DNA of 64,000 nucleotides, taken from assembly GCA_047947115.1 (NCBI GenBank), contig CP170459.1, positions 3,392,001-3,456,000 on the forward strand, given 5' to 3'. Made by a program: the position numbers and the translations under genes. The notes under the pieces were generated by a model. That model was given only the letters and a program-made list of their open reading frames with translations. It had not been told where the DNA came from and ran no database searches. This DNA comes from Verrucomicrobiota bacterium. Lineage in GTDB: Bacteria; Verrucomicrobiota; Verrucomicrobiia; Limisphaerales; AAA164-E04. This document shows positions 31,001-40,638 of this stretch, in pieces (the first letter of the stretch is position 1; every line of letters starts with the position of its first letter).

Positions 31001-31595
31001 TGTCCATGAGTTTTGGATTCGACGGGTCGCTGACATCCAAACGACGTATGGCTGATTGTGATTCGAAATCACCTTCGCCTATGAGAAGGTGATCATTTTG
31101 AAAATCAAGGGAAGTGATTTCGGAACCTAAAGGATAGTTTGCCAGTTCTGAAGGCTCCTCTGGAGACTCCAGGTTTAAAATATGCAGTTGTCCGCGATGA
31201 TTACCTGTTTCTTGGAAATGACTGCCCCTGTGGCGGGACGTTGCCACATAGAGTTCATCGTCATAAACCCGGACTAATTTTACATGCTTCCCCTGGAAGA
31301 GATGTCCCACCCATTGAGGTGCGGTAGAGTCTTCGATATCGATTACTAGCAGTCCTCCATCACCGATTGCCAAATAGGCAAAATGTCCTTGAATGGCGAC
31401 TTCGAGGACCGGACTGTGCGGCTGATCCGGCCAATTTGCGACTCTACGAAAACGCGGGGACGGGGAATCCGGTTCCTCCGCAAACATCGGGGTGGTGTTG
31501 GCCATGCAAAACATGGAAGTGGTGATGATCGGTAATGCTTTTCCCAAATAGGAAAATAACCGAACTCCGGCATGATAACGGGATATGAGTTTCAT
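28068..31595 (-). CDS. LVIVD-repeat beta-propeller protein with Ig-like domain, paralogue C (intact, 1175 aa)
   Basis: Many AYVA..GGLQIIDISDP repeats; Ig-like QPESRS...LSYMWYLGESGD...YWVRV; short C-terminal beta domain. Confidence 0.9.
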   Translation of the reverse strand: MKLISRYHAGVRLFSYLGKALPIITTSMFCMANTTPMFAEEPDSPSPRFRRVANWPDQPHSPVLEVAIQGHFAYLAIGDGGLLVIDIEDSTAPQWVGHLFQGKHVKLVRVYDDELYVATSRHRGSHFQETGNHRGQLHILNLESPEEPSELANYPLGSEITSLDFQNDHLLIGEGDFESQSAIRRLDVSDPSNPKLMDIIQLKFGREEIPVPSAVKAVGDQFFVSGGSSILMSDWENTQFLNVVGRAYDQGVMRGWQVGGQYVYTTRRNFSRVDFQQINLVDTFLVFDTSDSPDPSRVASLDFSSLPVDGSSNGVFGLDGGYEGLRIQNGYAYVCTGIQGLSVIDIRNPVQPVLVGQIDTSGNAIQLEIKNGLAYVADFHGGLQIIDISDPTQLRIVGQFETGLTPRQFLRDGDLGILYSADERRHRTLIEFLDLTVPASPTKIGEYRSSYSIDALEYSNDLLFIIGKDNNIFKLETLDASSPASIQSLSRITLPLEFRTSPVPNMIYHSDRKHLYVTGMVAEQNSSRFRGFLNKINLSNPANPQIIEQFITEGIAVTEGLLIDGSHLYQNSFVYGGKDQLESFSIEVPLEASSSGKATLPDNDWKNKARRVGGLHVTKGMAYVGEGQHGFSVVDVNDPMNPVFRSDHAAQGEVMDLEIYGNYLLTAEGEYGVNLYDISNPDAPFHLDHITTYGPATNVDVSGSHVYVLEQGFGLGVYSFVKKGVVMIHQPESRSLALGDQTTLQVKAYATNPLSYMWYLGESGDTSRPLTNETRPTISTHPITEQQRYWVRVTDGVSTFNSDTCVLTPIPTTKVELIGRWPEDPNAFARSGFSTDVAVSGHHIYLADGFDGLRILNASDLTAPRMVGHYSSNIHQVAIERNRLHVNGRGYETLNIDNPTQPIQEVLVTESEEVMLPFGNFVFMGGGNGWNTLDQGNPMRAGGIFPSNVLSQNETWSIKGIAASGSYAAASQGWGGVQILDITSPTSPNLVTSYYPNASVQDLAWKNSWIIAAHGDLFPGLELIDVSDPANPKPSASMNEPHAHKVAFMESSYAAVTGKGLSVFDYGDPSRLIKVSSDGSDFDTYGLEIHGDLAYVAAGKDGLLIYRITPELKLNPPSVETDGVHLSWLGAPGIWLQQSATMPVPNWTDVPDTEGASEILIPFAQASHWYQLIKR

Positions 31596-31871
31596 ACGCT
31601 AATAATCAGTTTTATGGATGAACACCATTACCCCCTCTCGGTAATAATCGCTTAATAATACCAGTTGTTCGGTTTGTCGATTCAAATCCAAAGTAGTGGC
31701 AGTTCCAACTATTCGAGCACATAACGAAAAAGTGGCATCGAAGTATTCTATTGGTTTGATTGAAGATAAATCATCAATGCATTCGGAAAATGAAGCATGG
31801 AATATACGTGGTTTTCACATGAATGCTGCTGTTCATTGTCGCTTTGGAATGGAATCAACATCCGCATCAGT

Positions 31872-33221
31872 TCAGACCTTGATGGCATTCAATTCGCCTG
31901 TGCTGTCTGCAAAACGATCCATTTTTAATCCCATCGAGCGTGCCTGGGTCAACCAGAGGTTTGCCAGAGGGGTTCCTTCGGGCATGTTGACGTGCTGACC
32001 TGTTTTGAATTGTCCACCTCCGTTACCCGCCATGATGATTGGAAGATCATTGTATTGGTGGGTCGATCCGTCTCCCAGTCCGGACCCATAAGTCAGGATG
32101 GTGTTGTCGAGCAGCGTGCGGCCGTTTGCTTCCTGGATGGCGTTCATTTTTCGCATCAGATAGGCAAACTGTTCCATGTGAAAACGATCCACTTTGAGCA
32201 GGTCGTCAATCATTTGGGTCTGGTTGTGGGACATGCCATGGTGGCTGCGCGGTTTGTCGAACAATCCGTCAAACATGTATGGGGTGTCCCATCGCTCGGG
32301 GCCCACCATGAAGGTGGCAACGTTGGTCAATCCGGTCTGCATCGCCACCACCATGAGGTCCGCCATCAATCGAATGAATTCCCCGCGCGGCAGGTAAGCA
32401 TCCGATGGTTCTTCCAAGGTGACCTTGTCGAGTTCGGACTTCATGTTCTGCAGGCGATCCATCTGCACTTCGATGGTGCGAATTGAATCAAAATATTCAC
32501 CGAACTTTTGCTGGTCGTCGTAGCTCAACTGCGATTGCATGGATTTTGCATCTTCCAGAACCAGTGAGGTGACGTCTTTGAATCGACGGTTTTCCGAAGT
32601 TGAGAACAGTCGTCTGTATAGTTTTTTGGGGTGTCTGATGGACGGAGCCACGTGTCCGGTTCCATACCAGGAAATGTTGTCGAAATAGATCGATTCTTTG
32701 TTGTCCTTATGTGTGTTGCAACTGATCTCCAAAGTGGGAAAGGGGGTCTTGTTTTCCATCGCATCCGCAACGATATGGTCGAGCGTTCGATCCAGTGGCC
32801 AAGCCGAGCGCTTGATGGAGTAGGGAGCGGCGCTGCTGAGGTAGCAGCATGCGCATTGAGCGTGGACATCTGTTCCGTTCTGGAATGTTCGGTCCATCCC
32901 GGTGATAAGTGTGATCCTGCTTTTAAACTCTTCCAGAGGCTCCAGCGTGGGTGTCAGGTGTTCGAGAGGCTTGACCGAAAAAACCGGATCCTGTTTGCCG
33001 AGGGAAGTCATGAGGTTTCCAAGGTTTCCTTTGGGAATGACGTCATTTTGTTCGCCCGGAAAAAAACCTCTGCGCACGACTCCTATGGGGACATAAAAAT
33101 GTGCCATGCGGGTGGGGACTTTTCGAGAGGGTGTGACCTGTCCCTGGCTTTCCAGTAAAGGCAAGGCCAGAACAGCACCGCTCATACCTCGCAGAAATCT
33201 GCGTCTTGTTGTTTTCATCAA
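31872..33221 (-). CDS. DUF1552 family protein (Tat-exported)
   Basis: TRRRFLRG...LALPLLES, FYVPIG, DNISW, EYFDSIR, GRTLLDNT, LANLW. Confidence 0.9.
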   Translation of the reverse strand: MMKTTRRRFLRGMSGAVLALPLLESQGQVTPSRKVPTRMAHFYVPIGVVRRGFFPGEQNDVIPKGNLGNLMTSLGKQDPVFSVKPLEHLTPTLEPLEEFKSRITLITGMDRTFQNGTDVHAQCACCYLSSAAPYSIKRSAWPLDRTLDHIVADAMENKTPFPTLEISCNTHKDNKESIYFDNISWYGTGHVAPSIRHPKKLYRRLFSTSENRRFKDVTSLVLEDAKSMQSQLSYDDQQKFGEYFDSIRTIEVQMDRLQNMKSELDKVTLEEPSDAYLPRGEFIRLMADLMVVAMQTGLTNVATFMVGPERWDTPYMFDGLFDKPRSHHGMSHNQTQMIDDLLKVDRFHMEQFAYLMRKMNAIQEANGRTLLDNTILTYGSGLGDGSTHQYNDLPIIMAGNGGGQFKTGQHVNMPEGTPLANLWLTQARSMGLKMDRFADSTGELNAIKV

Positions 33222-33225
33222 TGCG

Positions 33226-35280
33226 TCAATGGGTTGATTGGGTTTCCGAATGTTTGAGGAACGGCTGGCTGAGTATGATTGATTTTATAAGTGTTTGAAT
33301 TCGGTATCCGTCCCTTTTGGTCGCGGCTACGATTTCATCTAGTGCCTCCTGATCCGACGGAGTCAGGGCTCTGGACAGGGCAAAACTCAGGAGATGCCCG
33401 GCCAAGCCTCGGGTGAACAGATCTTTCTCGGCGAGTAATGCATCTTTGAATTCAACCGGATTGGTGAAGGCGTGCTGCCTGAACAACTTGCCGGATACGT
33501 CCACTGCACGTCCGTTTTCATAATGGCTGCGCCAGTTCCCAATGGCATCGTAATTTTCCAAGGCGAATCCCAGTGGGTCGATTTTTTCATGACAACCTTT
33601 GCAGTCCGAACGCTCTCGATGTTGGGCCAATCGCTCTCGCAGCGTCATGTTTTCTTCACCTTGGCCCGGTTGCTCGGTCAAGGGGGGCACATCCGCAGGT
33701 GGTGGTTCGGGTGGTTTGTTGAACAGTAAGGTCGTCAACCACGCGCCTCGTGTGATCGGTTTGCTTCGGTCCGGACTGGACGTCATCGTCATCGTGGCGG
33801 CCGTGGTGATCACACCTCCCATCCTCCGGTCGGTGACTGGCAAACGGTGAAAGTTTAGAACAGTAACTTCGCTGGGGATGTTCTCGGGCAATTTTCCGAT
33901 GGCCAACGAACCGTAGGCCTCCTGCAACAGCAGAGAACGATACGTGAAATCGGAGTCGATCAACTGAGTGATGGGGAGGTTCTCGATCAAAATGGTTTCG
34001 AACAGGAGCAGGGGCTCCATCATCATGTGCATGCTGTCCCGGTATTTCAGGTAATAAAAGTCGGGGAATTTGTCCGGATTCGGTGCCGACGAGATGATGC
34101 GTTCCAACTGGAGCCATTGTGACGGGAAACTGTCGCAGAAGCGCTTGAGTCTTTGGTCGTGCATCATGCGCCTGAATTCAGCATCAAGTGTTGCCGGGTT
34201 GCTGAGTTTTCCTTCCGCAGCCAGTTTGATCAGGTGTTGATCAGGGATGCTGCCCCACAGGAAAAACGACAAACGTGCGGCAAGATCGTAATCGTTGCTT
34301 TTGGTTGCGATATTTATTTTGGGTGGTCTATCGAACAGGTAGAGAAACCGTGGCGAGGACAGGGCCATGGAAGCCACGGCTTTCATGGAATCTGTAAACG
34401 GGTAACCCTGATTCAAAAGGTCCAAAACATAACCGGTGTAACGTTCGAGTGTATGCGTTTCAGGGGGCTGGCGGAAGGCACGTGTCAGAAAGGAGCGCAG
34501 TCTGTCTTGAACCACCTCAGGCAGGTTGGCGTCGTCCTTGGGGGAAGCGAAAAATACATCCCAGATGCCCACGTTTTCCTGGTTGAAATCATCGCTTTCA
34601 ACGATGGACTGTGCCAGCCCCAAAAAGGATTCCAGGAGCAAGGGGGAGAGTGACAGATGATCGACACGGTTATCGAATCCATTCTCGGCGCGAAGATCCT
34701 GTGGAAATGGAGACACTCCTGCCAACCGTTTTTCGATCATTTGTGACTTGCCCAGCGGGCGGCTCCCCACGGTGACCTTGTCGGGCATCTTGCCGGTTTC
34801 AGGTTTGAAGTAGTTCTGGTGTTCTCTCATCATTTGCTCGGGCAGTGAGAACACCACGCATCGCAAATCAAACAAATCCACGACCGCGTTGTTATACTGG
34901 AAACGGTTTAATCTTCTCAGACTTGCCTCATGGACTGGATCAGGTGGATGCTCTGAAGTTTTGGTGAGCAGCAATTTGAAGTAATCAAGCAGCAGAAACC
35001 TCTCAGTCGATGTAAGCGGGGATTCGTCCTCAGGCGGCATTTCGTTGAATACGAGGACATCTTTCAACTGTTCCAGCACTTCAGGGTGTTCGATAAAGGC
35101 TTGTTCGCTTTTGAGAAGGGTTAAATCAAGATCCCCCTTTGTCTTTCCGTTCGTGCCATGGCATGTGAAGCAGCGTTGTTGCAACGTGTTCAGGGCCAGC
35201 TGGAAGCTGTCTGCGCTCAAGCAAGAGATTCCCCATGCCAAGACAATCCATGTGATCAAACGGTGGAACATTGAGTCCAC
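33226..35280 (-). CDS. DUF1592/DUF1588-type multidomain protein with c-type heme motifs
   Basis: CFTCH and CKGCH; LRRLNRFQYNN, LAARLSFFLWGSIPD, DPLGFALENYDAIG. Adjacent to DUF1552. Confidence 0.9.
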   Translation of the reverse strand: MDSMFHRLITWIVLAWGISCLSADSFQLALNTLQQRCFTCHGTNGKTKGDLDLTLLKSEQAFIEHPEVLEQLKDVLVFNEMPPEDESPLTSTERFLLLDYFKLLLTKTSEHPPDPVHEASLRRLNRFQYNNAVVDLFDLRCVVFSLPEQMMREHQNYFKPETGKMPDKVTVGSRPLGKSQMIEKRLAGVSPFPQDLRAENGFDNRVDHLSLSPLLLESFLGLAQSIVESDDFNQENVGIWDVFFASPKDDANLPEVVQDRLRSFLTRAFRQPPETHTLERYTGYVLDLLNQGYPFTDSMKAVASMALSSPRFLYLFDRPPKINIATKSNDYDLAARLSFFLWGSIPDQHLIKLAAEGKLSNPATLDAEFRRMMHDQRLKRFCDSFPSQWLQLERIISSAPNPDKFPDFYYLKYRDSMHMMMEPLLLFETILIENLPITQLIDSDFTYRSLLLQEAYGSLAIGKLPENIPSEVTVLNFHRLPVTDRRMGGVITTAATMTMTSSPDRSKPITRGAWLTTLLFNKPPEPPPADVPPLTEQPGQGEENMTLRERLAQHRERSDCKGCHEKIDPLGFALENYDAIGNWRSHYENGRAVDVSGKLFRQHAFTNPVEFKDALLAEKDLFTRGLAGHLLSFALSRALTPSDQEALDEIVAATKRDGYRIQTLIKSIILSQPFLKHSETQSTH

Positions 35281-35533
35281 CTTAAGCGGTCATCCCCGAG
35301 AAACCAATCCATTTTTGGGAAAGAAGGCCATGCTTGCATCGGGTCACTTGCATGGACGAAGACCGGCGTGTATCCCACCGCTGTAGCTATTTCTTGACGA
35401 AACCTGTTTCCCTCCTTAATGCTACCGTTCCGTATCCCCAGTACGCAGTGTTCTCGTGGCATGTTCAGTGGAGATCCGTACCCTGCTGATGTGTACACGT
35501 GATGTCAGTGGTAACTTAAACACAAACAGACAA

Positions 35534-38500
35534 ATGAAACGAAGACAATATACGTTAAAGCCCTCGGCAAAATGGGTTGGCGGGTTGCTGGTTGCAGCTT
35601 GTTCGACATCTTTGATGGCTCAGGTATCGTTCAATGCTCCTGAGGGAGGATGGAACTACATCTACGAAGGAGACCAGGCAAATTATGCTGCCCCGGGTGA
35701 GGGGTTTGGTTCGCTGGACGGAACTTGGAGTCATGACAACGGCTCTGATGAATGGGATGGTTCAGGCATTGGTGGTGATTTCGGAGATGGAAATAGACCC
35801 GGCGGCGCCATGGTGATCACCGAAGGGAACACAACCTTCCTGCGCATTCAAGACACCGGGGATCCCCGGGACTATGATTTCAGTGACCCCGGATCGAACC
35901 GCAAAGTTTATCTGGGACACAGCCTGACAGAGGATGGCGCTGCCGACTCGATCATGGACGACGGTGTGACCTTGATGTTCCGTGCGCGTGTCCCCTCCAG
36001 CGGTCCATTGGATCCACTTCATCGTGATGGACAGCAAAGCAACGGGACGCAGCCTTATCCCGACAGTGGAGACGGTTATGTTACTTCCGATGGTGGTAAA
36101 GGGAACTTTGTGATCAAGCAGAATTCCGGTGGAGCCATTGCCTTCTCATTGACAACCGCTCAGGATACCCCCGGGGGAAATCCAAGCGACCGTGTCACCA
36201 ACTTCAGCGGCTTGAGCTTTAATGAGTTCAACGGAAACGCTGTTTCAGGTGAAGTCAACTTTGGGCAAGGCAAGGGGGCGAATGTCATTCCCTTTGATCC
36301 GACCGTTTGGCATGAGTTCTGGGTGACGATCGAGAAAGATGCCTCCAACAACGGAACCCATGTGGGCACTGTCTGGATTGATGGAAGCACCGCTTCACAG
36401 ACCTTTTCCATCACCGCCGGTACCGGGGATGATTTCAGCGGTATCAGCTACCTCGCCATGGGAGCCACGGCGACGCCTCAAAACGCTGCATTGGATATCG
36501 ATCACTTCGGTGTGAAGTTCGAAGCAGTGGCACCTTCACCTCGTTCCTATCAACTGCCCAATGGGGTGGAATGGGCCTATGGCTATGAGGGTGACAAGGT
36601 GGACTACGCTCCGGATGGCGAAGGGTTTGCCTCATTGGATGGCACCTGGAGCCATGACAACGGATCAGATGAATGGGACGGATCCGGTATTGGCGGAGAA
36701 TTTGGCGATGGCAACCGACCTGGTGGCGCCATGGTGATCGAAGAGCCTGGAGTAACCTATCTTCGCATACAAGACACCGGAGATCCTCGCGATTATGGAT
36801 TCAGTGATCCGGGCTCCAACCGAAAAGTTTACGTCGGGCATGATCTTTCGCAAGATGGAGCAACCGACACAGTGATGGATGACGGTGTGACTCTTTACTT
36901 CCGTGCACGTGTACCGATTGATGGACCGTTGGATCCATTGCACCGTGACGGACAACAAGCCGACGGCACGCAGCCATACCCTGATAACGGGGATGGTTAT
37001 GTGACCTCTGACGGTGGCAAAGGGAACTTTGTCATCAAACAGGCAGGCGGCGGAGCGATCGCGTTCTCACTGACCACATCAACCGATACTCCGGGAGGCA
37101 ATCCGACCGATCGTGTCACCAACTTCAGTGGTCTGAGCTTCAATGAATTCAACGGCAACGCGATTTCAGGTGAAGTGAACTTTGGGCAGGGCAAGGGAGC
37201 CAATGTGATTCCATTCGACCCAACCCAATGGCACGACATCTGGATCACCATTGAGAAAGATGAGTCAGGCAATGGAACTCATGTGGCCAATATCTGGGTG
37301 GATGGAAGTGCGGCTTCCCAGACCTTTTCCGTGACAGCCGGCACTGGCAGTGATTTCGGCGGCAGTTATCTCGCCATGGGATCAACAGCCACACCACAAA
37401 ATTCTGCTCTGGACGTCGATTTCTATCGTGTGGCACTCGGAGTGCACGCTCCAAGTGGTATCGAAGTGGTGGCTCCGGTTCTCATTACCGACCTTCAACC
37501 CAGTCTGGGGGCCAGCAATGTCGACCCGAACCAAGGAATTTCATTCAAGGTTTCTTCGGCTGATCCGGTTCCTCAGGAAAATATCAGCGTTGTTTTGAAT
37601 GGAGTGGACTACTCCGGCGACCTTCAGATTCAAGGTAATCAAAATGCCTGGAATGTTGCTTTGACTGGATTGCAGTCCAATTTCATATACAGCGGCAAAG
37701 TGATCGTCGCCAAAGGTGATGGTGGTGCCAATGAATTGTTGGTTGCTTTCGATACTTTTGCGGATGACAACTTCACCTTCGAAGCCGAGGACTGGAACTT
37801 CGAAGGCGGCGATTTCATCAATGACCCTGCTATCGGTTTTGGTGGCAGCGGATACTTTGACAAAGGCACCAGTGATGACACGGAAGGGGTCGATTTCCAC
37901 GAACTTTCCGCTGACTTCGATTTCGCCAATGAAGATGCCTGGCGTATTCCTTTGGCCGGCAATATGCCCAATACGGATCCAAACGGCAACGAAGCCGGAC
38001 GTTCCAAGTTCGAGAGCGATCCCGATGCTGATTTCAGCGTTGTTGGGACCGAAGCCGGTGAATGGTTGAACTACACGCGCAACTTTTCGATTGGTGATGC
38101 CAATATCTGGCTGCGTGGTGATTTGGGCAGCACGGAAGAAGTGCAATTGGACCTCGTCGAAGGCGCAACAGGTGCCAGCCAGACCACCACGAAACTGGGA
38201 TCCTTCAAGGGTGCCGGGGGTGGTTATGACTGGGTTGCTTTGACCAACGATTCGGGAACCATCCAAAAGGTCGCCCTGAACGGTGAAGTGACTCTCAGAG
38301 CCACGATTGTTTCCGGTAGTCCAGAATTGAACTTCTTCATGGTTACCGAAGCTGTCGAGCTTCCCGTGAGCGTGGTGGCTCAATCCTCCGCTGCATTGAG
38401 TGCCCCCACCGTGGTGGACTTCGGCGCTGTGGGTGCGGATGCATCCTATGAGTTTCACTTCTTTGCAAAGATGGATGGCGCTTCGACCGCGATTGCGGGT

Positions 38501-39058
38501 AACGATGCCTTCGCCATCAAATTGGACCAGTGGAACAATCAAGGAGTTTTCGGAACCACACAGTTCGGCGTGGCGGACAATTTGTTCGAAGCCGTGGCTG
38601 GTAAGAGCGTGGCGTCTGTGTTTGATCGCCCTGTTCATGTTGTCATTGTGAGCGATAGTGGTGCCGGTGAATCCAGACTTTATGTGGATGGTGATCACGT
38701 AGGAACCTGGGGCGGCAATTTTGAATTGCCCGGATCCACCAAGGTCATGGGCGCTCGCTTGGAACAGGCGACCGACCACATGGGAGCCGGAAGCGTGATG
38801 TATTCCTGGGCCACTTATTCCGGTATTCTGACTGACAGTGAAATTGCCGCCCAGTTCGCGGCTCTTCCGGACGTCGAAGTACCAGTGGCTGGCGGTATCA
38901 ATTCCATTGGCCTGGCTGATGGAAATGTGGTCATCGAGTACGATGGCACGTTGATGAGTGCAGACAGCGTCAGCGGTCCTTATAACGCCGTTGCCGGTGC
39001 CACCTCACCGTATTCGGTGGCGCCTGACCAGGCTGCTCAGTTCTTCATTGCTCAGTAA
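35534..39058 (+). CDS. Large secreted acidic protein: two tandem ~307 aa repeats, Ig-like, CBM6-like and LamG-like domains
   Basis: Signal peptide; duplicated DGTWSHDNGSDEWDGSG...LRIQDTGDPRDY domain; EAEDWNF...GEWLNYT; HVVIV...LYVDG. Confidence 0.85.
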   Translation: MKRRQYTLKPSAKWVGGLLVAACSTSLMAQVSFNAPEGGWNYIYEGDQANYAAPGEGFGSLDGTWSHDNGSDEWDGSGIGGDFGDGNRPGGAMVITEGNTTFLRIQDTGDPRDYDFSDPGSNRKVYLGHSLTEDGAADSIMDDGVTLMFRARVPSSGPLDPLHRDGQQSNGTQPYPDSGDGYVTSDGGKGNFVIKQNSGGAIAFSLTTAQDTPGGNPSDRVTNFSGLSFNEFNGNAVSGEVNFGQGKGANVIPFDPTVWHEFWVTIEKDASNNGTHVGTVWIDGSTASQTFSITAGTGDDFSGISYLAMGATATPQNAALDIDHFGVKFEAVAPSPRSYQLPNGVEWAYGYEGDKVDYAPDGEGFASLDGTWSHDNGSDEWDGSGIGGEFGDGNRPGGAMVIEEPGVTYLRIQDTGDPRDYGFSDPGSNRKVYVGHDLSQDGATDTVMDDGVTLYFRARVPIDGPLDPLHRDGQQADGTQPYPDNGDGYVTSDGGKGNFVIKQAGGGAIAFSLTTSTDTPGGNPTDRVTNFSGLSFNEFNGNAISGEVNFGQGKGANVIPFDPTQWHDIWITIEKDESGNGTHVANIWVDGSAASQTFSVTAGTGSDFGGSYLAMGSTATPQNSALDVDFYRVALGVHAPSGIEVVAPVLITDLQPSLGASNVDPNQGISFKVSSADPVPQENISVVLNGVDYSGDLQIQGNQNAWNVALTGLQSNFIYSGKVIVAKGDGGANELLVAFDTFADDNFTFEAEDWNFEGGDFINDPAIGFGGSGYFDKGTSDDTEGVDFHELSADFDFANEDAWRIPLAGNMPNTDPNGNEAGRSKFESDPDADFSVVGTEAGEWLNYTRNFSIGDANIWLRGDLGSTEEVQLDLVEGATGASQTTTKLGSFKGAGGGYDWVALTNDSGTIQKVALNGEVTLRATIVSGSPELNFFMVTEAVELPVSVVAQSSAALSAPTVVDFGAVGADASYEFHFFAKMDGASTAIAGNDAFAIKLDQWNNQGVFGTTQFGVADNLFEAVAGKSVASVFDRPVHVVIVSDSGAGESRLYVDGDHVGTWGGNFELPGSTKVMGARLEQATDHMGAGSVMYSWATYSGILTDSEIAAQFAALPDVEVPVAGGINSIGLADGNVVIEYDGTLMSADSVSGPYNAVAGATSPYSVAPDQAAQFFIAQ
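35651..37440 (+). repeat. Intragenic tandem duplication, period about 921 bp
   Basis: Repeat 1 Trp codon at 35651, repeat 2 at 36572. Long identical peptide stretches with many synonymous differences. Confidence 0.9.
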
Positions 39059-39096
39059 GAGTTCTGAAGTTTCTCTACTAATTCTAATAATAATCA

Positions 39097-39128
39097 GCCG
39101 GATTCCCGACAGGGGATCCGGCCTTTTT
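39097..39128 (+). terminator. Intrinsic terminator
   Basis: GCCGGATTCC-cgacag-GGGATCCGGC followed by CTTTTT, downstream of the stop at 39058. Confidence 0.85.
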
Positions 39129-39168
39129 ATGGTCAAGGTTGAAGGGTGTTATCAGTTGCTCTCCTGGA

Positions 39169-40630
<1,462 letters not shown>

Positions 40631-40638
<8 letters not shown>

